DNA from: Squalus acanthias
Lineage: Eukaryota
DNA length: 64,000 bases
Reading direction: 5' to 3'
Assembly (NCBI GenBank): GCA_030390025.1
Contig: CM059432.1
Span: 62,312,001 to 62,376,000 of the forward strand
Positions 12,000 through 23,429 of the stretch are shown one piece after another (the stretch's first letter is position 1; every line of letters begins with the position of its first letter). The position numbers were made by a program, and so were the translations under genes. The notes below the pieces were generated by a model that saw nothing but the letters and a program-made list of their open reading frames with translations, was not told where the DNA came from and ran no database searches.

Positions 12000-12166
12000 C
12001 TCCGCCTCCTCGCTGCCACCACTGCTCCAGTCTGCGCTCTCTCTGGGCCTCCCGCTCAATTTATCCTCTGTCTCCTCGCTGCCGCTGCTGCTCCAGTCTA
12101 CGCTCTCTCAGGTCCTCCCGCTCGGTTTATACTCCGCCTCCTCATTGCCGCCGCTGCTCCAATCTC
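12000..12166. repeat. 66-bp tandem repeat (~2.5 units) at the 5' end of CR1 A
   Basis: Units start at 12000, 12066 and 12132 (ctccgcctcctcgctgcc...gctccagtct..gctctctc.gg.cctcccgctc..tttat). Confidence 0.9.
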
Positions 12167-12988
12167 TTTGTTTAGTAATCTGATTGATTTCATGTTTATT
12201 TTTCTCTTTCACTTTTGATTTTTCTATATACCTGGTACTATCATTTTCAGTTAGTGTAATAAACATTGAGATATTGTGTGATTTTCCTTTTGGTTTATTT
12301 CCGTGAGAAACTAAAGAACAAGCATTACCTGTAGACACATCCAAAGTTGTGGTGAGGTGTTTATATGACCAGACTGCTCCGCCAAGTGGTAACTCTGTGT
12401 ATCAATATCTGTTCATTTTGTTTAACTGAGCCATATCAAAATTAGAGAGTTGTGGCTGTATACCCTGTACAGTTTAACCTGGAAACTGAGAATCTTCTCA
12501 GCCTATCAGCTGTGCCTCTTCTAGTTGCCACAAAGTGTGGAGCACAAAGAGTGGTTTTGTGGAAACTGCCATCACATTTTCTTCTCGCTTGTGGAGAAAT
12601 GCCTGCCCCCTGCTCAACATCACCTTGCAGCAGTAATGTGACTGAGATTGGATACTCAATAGAGTGGGGAGTGTTGTTCCACTCTATGGAACTGCACATT
12701 GATATTTCAACATATATAAAATCTATGAAATGTTGCATGACCACTGACCAGTTTCGTGTTGGACCTGACATTTGAAATTAAGTCAGAATGCAGAGCTGTG
12801 GCTTGTATATCTGCCTCTTGCTGCCTGTTCACCCCATTTCCTTAGTAAGAAGATAAAGACCTATTTAGGACTAAGTTATGCAGAACAGAATAGCAGCTGT
12901 AACCCCTTTGGGATGCAAGGTGACTTTAAAAAAATGTAATTCAAGTCTACAAAACCTCCCATCTATCACAAAACAATTTTATATTTCT

Positions 12989-13120
12989 CTGACAAAAGGT
13001 CATCAACCTGAAACGTTAACTCTGTTTCTCTCTCCACAGATGCTGCCTGACCTGCTGAGTATTTCCAGCCTTTTCTGTTTTTATTTCAGATTTCCAGCAT
13101 CCGCAGTATTTTACTTTTGT
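12989..13120 (+). mobile_element. Penelope-like solo terminal-repeat insertion
   Basis: 14-bp TSD aattttatatttct (12975-12988, 13121-13134); same sequence as the termini of the element at 32352-34420. Confidence 0.85.
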
Positions 13121-13314
13121 AATTTTATATTTCTATCCCTCTGACTTTACTTCTTACAATAAGTTGTAAAATGAACAAATTTACAGAAGTACAAACTAAA
13201 AATTCTTATAAGAATTCTAACAGCCTCTAAAGTCTGGGAATGAAGAGGTTAAAGTTGCTGGTGATTTGGAGCTGAAATCTCAGTTTGTCATAACTCAGTT
13301 TGTAAAATAGAGCA

Positions 13315-14180
13315 ACAGAATGTTACAAGTGGAAAAAGGCCATTTGACCCATTAAGTCTTCTTCCGCACGTGAGAGGCGAATCCCACTCTCCTACTTGCA
13401 CCCTCTACTCTTTAATATTCCCCTTTTAAGAAACTAATTCACTTTTTTAAATTACTTATGGACTCCACTTCAACAGCTGTTTGTGACAGAATGCTACATC
13501 ATAGCTACCCCCCCCAGTAAATAATATTTTTCTAGCCTCTCCTTTAACTTGTTATTATTTTAAATTTGTGTCCTCTCGTTATCATCTTGCTGATTAGTGG
13601 GAACAATCTATCATTACTTGCCTTATTGTAACCCTTCACAATCTTGAAGCACTCTATATCAGGTCATCCATCAACCTTCTTGGCTCTTGGGGGGAAACAC
13701 CCTAATTTCTCAAATCTCCCTTCATAACTGCAGCCCACACACCTGATAACATCCTAGTAAATCTGTGCTGCTTCTTTTCCATTACTTTTATATCCTTCCT
13801 GTAATGAAGTGCCCAAAACGAAACATACTCCAACTGTGGCCTAGATAAGGTCTTGTACAAGTTATGTATATAGTAAATCGTCCCACACAACCCCCATGGA
13901 ATATCACTCCTCACATTTTTCCTGTCCAAGATACTTAGCCCTACACTTTGCTTTCTGCCCTCCAACCATCTTTCTATTCCCTTTAATTCTATGTGCATTA
14001 CCTTTGTCATGGGTCTCTTGTGTTGTCTTATCAATTGCTTTTTGAAAATCCATATAAATCACATCTACTGCATTTCCTTTACCTCTCTTATTTCTTCAAA
14101 GTGTTCTATAAGGTTGGTCAAGCATTACCCATCCTTTAGAAGTCTGTACAATCTGGCACAGGTTACGTTGTTTTTTCAAG
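13315..14180 (-). mobile_element. Old CR1 3' fragment
   Basis: LYKTLSRPQLEYVSFWALHYRKDI...RFTRML remnant. Confidence 0.75.
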
Positions 14181-15042
14181 TGCTTAAGTAATTTCATTCC
14201 ATATTATAGATCCTAAGGCTCCAAATTTCATTTGGGAAACCGGAAAATGGGACAGAATCCAGTTGCACTGGGATTCTGCCCTGTTTGTGCCCTTATATGA
14301 AATTACAACAACAACTACATGCATTCATATAGCGCCTTTAAAGTAGTAAAACGTCCCAAGGCGCTTCACAGGAGAGTTATCAAATAAAATTTGACAGCGA
14401 GTCGCATAAGGAGATATTAGGACAGGTGACCAAAAGCTTGGTGAAAGAAGTAGGTTTTAAGGAGGGTCTTAAAGGAGGAGAGAGGTAGAGAGGGACAGTT
14501 CTACAATCACCCTTGGTGAGTCGACAGTCCCAAAATCCACCTCCTCTGGAAAAAGAGGCAAAGTACTTGTTTAATATTGCCATTTGTCAACACTGTAAAA
14601 GTTAATGGTGGTGATTCTGCATTCCAACATACCCAGGAGCAATGCTTGCAGGGAGAAAATCATAGGCTTTACAGCCTGTTATTTTCCATTCATAAAGTTC
14701 CTGAGCTAAGTTCCCTGTGAGCGCCATTTCCCACTGGAGGTGCTGGAAAGAAGACATAGAGCTTTGACTGTGAGGTCACTTCTCCAACACATTACTGCCC
14801 AGATCTTGTATCTGTACAAAATCAGTTAAAATGCTATTGCTTAAGGTATTTAAAACAGAATCTATACTATGAGATTGTCAAAGATGGCAATGTAGGATCC
14901 ATCAGCAAATTTATAGTATAAAAATTGTGGTGTTGTGGAAACTAGATATAGGACCAAGCTATTGACTCCAGAGGCAGCACCATCTATTCCTCAAAACTAA
15001 ATAGTAGATGCCCTATAGTGATAGAAGGCGTACAGAAACATA

Positions 15043-16620
15043 GAGCCAGAAATTGCTAGGATAATAATGACGCATTAACGGCGCTCGCCATTATTAATGC
15101 GTAAAAAATGCTGCAATTTACAGATTCTCCACAAATTCCTGGACAATTTGAGCCGCTCCACCATTGAACTTAATGGTGATCATGAAACTGCTGGATTTAC
15201 AACGTTAATAAGGGCTAGTAAATAATGTCATAGAGGACCCTAGTAATGATGTAATTTATTGTCCTGACATGACACTCAATCGTGGAGGCCCATAATAAGA
15301 CCAAGGAAGCTGTGGAGGCTAATTTCAGCAGGTACTGAGGGAGTGCTGCACTGTCGGAGGTGCCACCTTTCGGATGAGACGTTAAACTCAGGTGGATGTA
15401 AAAGATCCCATGGCACTATTTCGAAGAAAAGCAGGGGAGTTATCCCCGGTGTCCTGGTCAATATTTATCCCTCAATCAACATCACTAAAACAGATTATCT
15501 GGTCATTATCACATTGGTGTTTGTGGGAGTTTGCTGTGTGCAAATTGGCTGCCGCTTTTCCTACATTACAACACTTCAAAAAGTACTTAATTGGCTGTAA
15601 AGTACTTTGGGATGACTGGTGGTCATGAAAGGTGCTATATAAATGCAAGTCTTTTTAGCGAATTGTTCCTAGTGCTTTTTTATCCAATTTATTTGTCTTG
15701 ACAGTATTTTGTGCCAATCTTTACATCCACACTCCTGTTGGTGTCAGAAGGCAATAATTTTCAGAGTGCAAAAAGCTGTTTCGACACTCAGAAATGCAAA
15801 TTAGATAGTTTTCTTGCAGAAAATAACATTTTAGGATAAATTATATGAGTAATTTGAGACATGATGTGGTAAATGTAGCTTGGGAGGAAAAAAATGACTT
15901 TGGCCCTATGGTTTCTGAGCCTCTCCACCACTGGAGTTTTCCTGGTGTTATTTCTGGGTCTGTGTTAGACTGACTGCTATGATTAGTCAACAACCCCATT
16001 ATCATTGTATCATGCTACTACCGGATGGTAGAAAGCAAACTCGATTGATCTTGGTGTTTTTTTGTCTCGCAATTCCTATGTTCCTATGAAAGCAGTGCAA
16101 TGGTGTACCCACTGGGTGTTCCACTGTTCCTGATCGTGCTGGTTCTAAACTTCATGGGCCAAGAATGTTTGCACATTCCGCACACATACTCTGCTATTCA
16201 CTCATTAACTTCTCAAGGACCAATACAACAATTCCCTAACACAACTGGATTACAATATCCTCTTCTTCAGCTTGTTCCTTTTAATTTTTTTCTTACTTTT
16301 CCTTTGTGTCTCTTTTATTCTCTCTCTCTCTCTTAAGCCACTCTCTTTCGTTCCCTCTCTTTCTCTTACTAATTTGACCCTAGTTTACCCTATTTCTTTC
16401 TCCATCATTCGCTCTGTTTTTTTCTACATCCTTTTCTTTCATTGGTTGAGATAAGCCATTGGGCACGACGTTCATGAGGTCCTAGATGCAACATGGAAAT
16501 TGTTGTGCCTCGATCTTCCAGCAATTTGCGGCATAAATATAGTGCAATGTCAATGGTGAGCTAAAAGGTCTAATTAAAATTGTTCGTTGCGAGATCCACC
16601 ATTGCAGCTATTTCTGGCCC
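15043..16620. mobile_element. Old Harbinger-type MITE with nested SINE (15331-15655) and CR1-tail fragments
   Basis: Termini gagccagaaattgc and gctatttctggccc are inverted repeats; arms resemble 50784-51510. Confidence 0.5.
15331..15655 (+). mobile_element. DeuSINE/SacSINE1-like SINE, 5'-truncated
   Basis: High identity to 49742-50095. Confidence 0.85.
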
Positions 16621-16664
16621 ATTGCCTCACCATAGGAAAATAGTATAGGTCCACCAATAACTAA

Positions 16665-16885
16665 ACTGTTTAGGCTGGCGAGTAATTGAACCCTGCAGAC
16701 CAGGAAGAACCCAGGTTTGATACATGGTCTGTGCTGAGTTGATTGATGGGTGTCAGGAGAGGGCTTCAGTGGCCTTAGTGTTCTTGTGTTAGGAAAGGGA
16801 AAATCACTCACACTGCCTTTCTGCTTCTGATTGCTATCTATTGGCCCCTCCTGAAACTGAATATGTGAGGACAGGATTTGAGTAG
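16665..16885 (+). repeat. Unclassified old SINE-like family (also ~41865-42190 and ~57490-57830)
   Basis: Three copies share cagaccagga..cccaggtttgat..ggtctgtgctgagtt and ctcctgatcgctatc..acccct-like blocks. Confidence 0.5.
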
Positions 16886-16949
16886 TATTAAATGAGCTAT
16901 GAACATTTTTTCAATGTATACAGATTTAAGTCAGTTCTGTTTAGGTCTT

Positions 16950-17085
16950 ACAAAAGCAAAATACTGCGGATGCTGGAAATCTGAAATAAAAACAGAAAAT
17001 GCTGGAAATACTCAGCAGGTCAGGCAGCATCTGTGGAAAGAGAAACAGTTAACGTTTCAGGTCGATGACCCTTCATCAGAACTGG
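16950..17085 (-). mobile_element. Penelope-like solo terminal-repeat insertion
   Basis: Perfect 17-bp TSD agttctgtttaggtctt (16933-16949, 17086-17102). Confidence 0.88.
17046..17084 (-). ncRNA. Minimal type I hammerhead ribozyme motif
   Basis: CAGUU-CUGAUGA-A-GGGUC(AUC)GACCU-GAAA-CG-UU-AACUG: conserved core, stem I, stem II and a palindromic ACGU helix III. Confidence 0.75.
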
Positions 17086-17770
17086 AGTTCTGTTTAGGTC
17101 TTGCCTGCCTATGTTGATTTGGTTTTCCTTGGCGTCTTCAGCAAGGTTCAATTGGATCAACAAAACAACTAACAGCAGTAACCTACCTGAAGAATGCTTT
17201 TTCCAAAACTCTCAACTCAAATATTAGATTGTTGCTGATTTTTTGAGGGTCTTTTTCAAAGATGCACTTATATTATTAAAAAAACTAACACATCTCAAAT
17301 TAGATCTCTGGGACCCATGCAGAACCCGTTCCTCAGCAAGTACTACACGTGACGTAGAAAAATATCTCCAGCTGCTTCACAGATGTGTAAGGAAAAAATG
17401 GACGCCGAGCCAAAGAAGGAGATAATCGGAGGGCGGTCATAGAGGGAATTCCAGAGAATGAATTATCTTTTAATGACCAAGCAATGTTGTGCCTTTTGGT
17501 ATAGCTTTAAACCTGACTTAAATAGTGAATGAAACATTGTATTGCCAGTATTCCACTTGGGAGGAAGTATGGTTTAATAGCTTGTTCACTTTCTTGATGG
17601 AGGTAATTTATTACCCATATAATATCCTACATAAAACATTAACAGTCTAGGAGTTGCAATGGTACACATCAAACTCTCAGCCAGTTTCACATGCTAGACT
17701 CCTGCCCTTTAACACAGCTATTCTTATTTAGTCATGGTTGCGCTGCAGTGCAAAGCATTTCATAAGATAG

Positions 17771-18199
17771 AATAGCAAAATACTGCGGATGCTGGAAATC
17801 CGAAATAACAGAAAATGCTGGAAAAACTCAGCAGGCCAGGCAGCATCCGTGGAGAGAGAAACAGTTAACATTTCAGGTTGAAGACCTTTCGTCAGAACTG
17901 GAAAAAAGCAGGAAATGGAATAGATTTTAAAGCAAATTTAGCGGCTGGGAAAAGGGGGAGGGGATGAAAGAACAAAAGGGAAGGTCAGTGAAAGGATAGA
18001 AAGCAGGAGGGATTAAGAGACATTAAGAGATATTCAAGGCAAGAGGAGGTGGTAATGGGACAGGTTAAGGAACAAAGGATGGCTCTAGATGAAGTGTGAA
18101 TTGCGCTGGCAGAATGAAGGACAGCTGCCATGTTAACTCTGTTTCTCTCTCCACGGATGCTGCCTGGCCTGCTGAGTTTTTCCAGCGTTTTCTGTTGTT
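17771..18199 (-). mobile_element. Penelope-like insertion with inverted terminal segment
   Basis: 14-bp TSD atttcataagatag (17757-17770, 18200-18213); 18130-18199 is an inverted copy of part of 17795-17871. Confidence 0.85.
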
Positions 18200-19384
18200 A
18201 TTTCATAAGATAGTATGGGGCAGAGAGGGAAGAGAAACTTTTAAATGCTCATCCTATCCTGAAGATTCCACCTAATACTGGCCACAGAGAAGTCCATCAT
18301 ACAAACTGTTCTAGCTGACGAGAAAATATAGGGGCCATTAATGTGGTCCGAGGTATGCAGTGCTCCATGCACCTGTGTACAAATGAGCCAACTTTGATTA
18401 TAATGCAAGGTCAGCTCATTTTGGATGCTCCTGCTGTATAGCACATAGCTGGGGTGGAGCTGGACTGTTATTCTGGGTTGCAGGAGCAGGCGAAGTGCTC
18501 CTGGCTGCCTCTGAAATGCCAGTATTTATTTTCCAACGGGGAGGCAAAGGACACCCATGGCAGTGTAGAACTTATGCCTTGCAAAGGCAAAGTGCAGAAG
18601 AGGAGGCAGCTGAGTGGGCCACCCAGACAAAGAAAATACTTTTTACTGATTGACTTCCCGTTAAACACTTGTTGGGAATGGGCACACAAACTCAAGCACT
18701 CCAGTCCCACTTTGGGGAGCCTTTGAATTTAAAATATTTTTATGACCCTAATGAGCCTTGCACAGAGTGTTTGTGCAGGCTCCCAGGGCTCTTTGTGCTG
18801 GTTGGCTGCATTGTACCAAACTGAGCTCATTGGGCATATCATAGGCCTCTGTGCCTGATAAACTGGACACCTTCCATTGCAATATTGGCCCTATAGCATA
18901 AGCAAGATAATGAAATAATACAATATAATTTTGGTATCACATTTGCTGTTGTCATTTATCTACAGAATGGAACAGGGAGGGATAATGGACAATTGTACCT
19001 TAAACTTGCAGTATTGGCAATTAATTTATTGCCTTGTTTCCCCCAATAAAAAGCAGATGCTTAGTAAATACAAATTTAGGCTCTTTAATTTCACAAAAAT
19101 GACTAGTACACTAGATGATTTCAATCACAAAGAAGAACACACAGGCAGTAATAGAAGAGATCGAGGTTATTTGTGGGAGTTGCATCATGCCAGTGTTTGC
19201 TGAGTGCAGGACTCTGGTATCCTGAAACCTGATAAACTCTGAACTTTGAGTTCATTAGTGCCATTAGATTATGCATTTGTGTGTTAATCGTTACTATATT
19301 ATTCCCACTGTTGCTGTAATTCTCCTAACAGGAGCTCCTCTGAAGCAAATTATTGAGAAGGATTCTCAGACTAAGTCAAACTAT

Positions 19385-20133
19385 GGCCCGTAATTTCCGA
19401 TAAGAGGCTTCCTGTCTGCGGGTGCCTCCTATCGGGGAAAAAAATCTACGCTTCTACCTGAGGGCTCCCGAGGTCCGGACACTTCCGATGCTGGGCCTCT
19501 CCACAGTCGAAATGCGCAGGGCCCACGTATCCCAGGAGCGCATGCGGTTCGCAAGCATCCCTGGGATAACGTGGGCCAGGCCAGCCAATAGGAGAAGGGA
19601 ATCTCCCTTCATACTTTTGACAGATTGACCTGTCAAATATATGAATGGGGATCACCCCAAAAAGACACTAAAACATAAAAAAAAATTTAAATCATATTTT
19701 TAAAATGAGTTAAAAGTACATTAAATTAAATATTTTAAACAAAAATGTAATTTTTTGAAAAAAAATTAAAAAAATTTACGGGGCTAAAAATAAACTTACC
19801 TTTTTTTAAAAAGTATTTTAAAATTATAAATGAGTGGGAAAAAAAATATATTTTTTAACTTTTTTTCAACTCTTATGCTGGTAAAAGCAGGCGTAAGATT
19901 TCTAAGGGTTTTCAGCAGGCGGAGGTTCTGCAGAAAGCGGAACTCTCCACCTGCAGAGGCCCTTCTCCAGGGCAGGCATCCGATCTGTCAAGAGCATTCT
20001 TGACAGATCGGAAATGCCGGTTTTCAGCGCATGCGCTTCGCATGCCTGAAACCAACATTTCCGATGTCCCTACGGGTGTGTTCCAAATAGTACACAGCGC
20101 GTACACACCCGTAGGCATCGGAAAATACAGGCC
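19385..20133. mobile_element. PIF/Harbinger-type MITE, hairpin-rich
   Basis: TIRs ggcccgtaatttccgat / atcggaaaatacaggcc, TAT TSD on both sides, AT-rich core; second copy begins at 63752. Confidence 0.8.
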
Positions 20134-22790
20134 TATGTGTTAAATGAAATGCTTAACTAAATGAAACTCAAACTTCAGTAACCCATTTTGGCTTAGAATT
20201 TGAATGTTTGGTTATTCCACTTTATTTTATAATATGGGCTGTATTCAAATGTATAAATGTTGATACAATAATGTAGAGTTTCATCAAAATGTACCTAAAA
20301 TACCCATTTTAACCATGGTTGTGAGTTATATTAATGCAGTAATAACCCAAGATCTGCAGTTAGCATTCATTTTATTATTCTCTTGAGCTAAATTTATTTA
20401 AGACAGATGTAGACAGCCAACAGTCTGTTCTGTTGCCCACTAAGGTCACTTAAAATTCTTGGCATAAATTAGCAGAAGGTAATGAAAACTATTTTCTCAT
20501 ATGTGAGGATTCTTCAGTCATGTTTAGTATTGCACTTATATATAAAACAAATAAGTGTGAGAGTTTAGGACTTATATAATCATAGGTGCTTAAATGTTAA
20601 CTGTACTGCGTTAATGGTTTCCACAAGCTATACTAAACATCAAAAAGTGTTCCAAATAGTGCACTGAGCAGGTACATAAAACAAAAATAATTATATTTTG
20701 ACAACTGTTATTCATACATAAAATTATTAATTTCCTATAAACTGTTGTTTGTTAATTCACATGCAATAAATGTCTCATCAACTTTCCTGTAATCCTGTTG
20801 CATTCATTTTTGTTGTTTACAGCTGGCCTGGATTTTCTACTTTCAACCATTCACATTTTCAAGAGATAGGAACAAGTAAACCATCAGCCGGATCAGAAGG
20901 ACCTTTTCACGTGAAGTCAAATTTTCATGCATTACTTTCCAGTAAAATTTGGGGACACATGGAAAGAGTTAAAAATGCATTGGACAGAAGATTAAAAAGC
21001 AATATTTCTTTCCGGGGTTACAATAGTTTGACACTTATGCTATATAAAAAAGGACTCAGTGGGTGGACACAGATCTACCAATTAGATTGGGGGGGGGGGG
21101 TGGTTTCCAGAGTCCACTTTCTGCCAAGCTTTAAAACTCCACAAGGACAAAGATTACGATTGGCCCTTTCATGATTTAGAAAACAGCCCTCACGTAGTTG
21201 TGTTAATTTACAAACTTGGATCAGTTGTAGATTTCTACAATTGCAGTCAATGTACAGTATTATGATTTATGACTTGCTAAATATATTGTGATGCATCTAT
21301 TTTCCATGTACTTTAATTGCTTATGCGTGCAACTCTGGTGCCAAGTATTGTTCTATAAACAATGTTAATGTAACATTTGGAATCTGTAAATTTTGATGTT
21401 ACTCCCACTCACTGGAGTATTAAAGTCACTAAAAATATTTACATTTTGAATATTTTACGACACACATTTGCTTATATTCATAAGCATAGAAGTTAATGCT
21501 GTCAATGGAAAATATTCCTCATTCTGTAAACATAACTAAAGCTGCAGATATAAAAAAGCAGGCTATCGTCAATCAAACAGGGGAAGACTGCCGAGATACT
21601 GCCTCTTGAAACGATGACGTACTCACTGTATCCATGCAGTTCTGCCCCCTACCCACACTCCCATCCAACCCACTCCCCCACCCCGGCACTGCATACAAGG
21701 CCTTAATCAAGTATTGAGCCTCATTTATTTGAAGGAGAACTGAGGTTAATGCAACAAGGCAAGAAATGCTTACACATAAGATTGCAAGTTCTAAACACTC
21801 CAGGTCAGAAAAAGGAACCAACGGACAGGAGGGCAGAAGCTTCCTACATGGAAGTTGAATTACATTCAAAGAATGAAGAAAACCACACCAAACATAGATA
21901 AGCTAACATTTTCATTTGTTCAACCTCCACATATATGAATAGTTCCAGAGAGATATAGTACATGGAAATAGGTAACTCTATGACACTTTGGAACACAGGG
22001 GCAATCATTGTCTTGAGCTGCTAAAACCAAGCAATAAATAATCCTTTGTAAAAACAGATATTTTACTCCATGTGGCCATCTTTTTTGTTAGTATGAAATG
22101 CAGTTCTTTGCATTTCAGCCCATGGATGGTCACAGGATGAGCCCTTTACCGTGCCTGGTTTACAACCAGATAAAGAATGAAGAAATACATTTACTGTGTG
22201 CTGCTTAGTAATTGTTTTTCCTAATTTGTTATTAATAAATAGATATTCCTGGTTCTTTCACTATAGAAAGCCAATGCTCCAGAAACGTCAATCACGGATA
22301 CTTTCACTCAGAGAGGATGCAGCTGACAGGTAAAACTTAAGTAATGTGACATCCTGGAATTAATTTTAGGCAAAAAATTTAAGATGTTTTCTGTGAACTG
22401 TTATCTGCATAAAAATATAGGTGGATTAACTACCAGAGCATAAATGGCACTACTGTGCAATGGAACTTAGTTGTAGAACTTTATCATGTCCTCAGGATGT
22501 CCCAAAATGTTTTACAACCAATTAATTATTTGTAAATGTGGTCACCTCTGACACAAGCAAACATAGTTTCTAATGTAAACACCTGCATCCACATAAAACC
22601 ATGGATTCAAATGGGTTAGCTCAGAGCTTGTGAAGAATAACATTAAGATCCTAAGATAGAATTAAATTTACAAGTGTCTTTAATATATCTGAATACAGTT
22701 GTGTTTTCAAACTGAATTCTCCTACTATTCATGTGATAGGATGCAGTGGTAGATCCTGAGAGAGTGACAATTGTACATAGTAGAGAATAG

Positions 22791-23140
22791 CATAAGAACA
22801 TAAGAAATAGGAGCAGAAGTAGGCCATTTGACCCTTCGAGCCCGCTCCGCCATTCAGTAAGATCATGGCTGATCTTCTACTTCATCTCCACTTTCCTGCA
22901 CTATCCCCATATCCCTTGATTCCCTTAATATTCAAAAATCTATCGATCTCTGTCTTGAATATACTCAACGACTGAGCTTCCACAGCCCTCTGGGGTAGAG
23001 AATTCCAAAGATTCACCACCCTCTGAGTGAAGACATTTCTCCTCATCTCAGTCCCTTATTCTGAGACTGTGACCCCTGGTTCTAGACTCCCCAGCCAGGG
23101 GAAACATCCTCCATGCATCTACCCTGTCAAGCCCTGTAAG
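22791..23140 (-). mobile_element. CR1 3' fragment (B/C-like tail)
   Basis: cataagaacataagaa tail plus 3' UTR and the end of ORF2. Confidence 0.85.
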
Positions 23141-23429
23141 CATGAGGTTATCACATCACAAACATCTGAACTTGTTACCTCAGCTCCAACCAACAAACTT
23201 TTTTCCATTTAGCATTGTAAGCGTTTGAAGGGAAAGCATTTCCAAATACTAATACGATATCCACTTGCATGATTACGCTGGTATCAAGTACCAAGCCATC
23301 AAATGAAGGCTCCAGGGGGTATTGTGCCAAATCCATCTATGAAAATTGTATGTGTCAAAAGTTCTTAGGGACAACAACATTTCACGCGTGGAAACCTTGT
23401 GTTTTCTTGCCCCAAAGGAACTTTGCTGA

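Larger units (their letters stand above)
1501..12166 (-). mobile_element. CR1 LINE 'A': near full-length, decayed host element (1501-2726 and 9148-12166) split by nested insertions
   Basis: RT fragments (1525-2700, 9150-9635), APE endonuclease 9986-10870 (NARS, ETW, YRPP, GDFN, SDH), ORF1 zinc-finger/esterase 10921-11880, repeat-containing 5' UTR. The RT sequence is continuous across the 2726/9148 junction. Confidence 0.93.

Noticed and set aside
12000..12166. Regularly spaced repeats as a CRISPR-like array
   Set aside because: Contiguous tandem units with no unique spacers, in a eukaryotic LINE 5' UTR.
18331..18892. Possible old MITE (ggggccatta / aatattggccct, ATA flanks)
   Set aside because: TIR match too short and degenerate, with no second copy in the window.
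20770..21174. 134-aa ORF in unique sequence
   Set aside because: No recognisable domain, and it crosses a poly-G run; probably a chance ORF.
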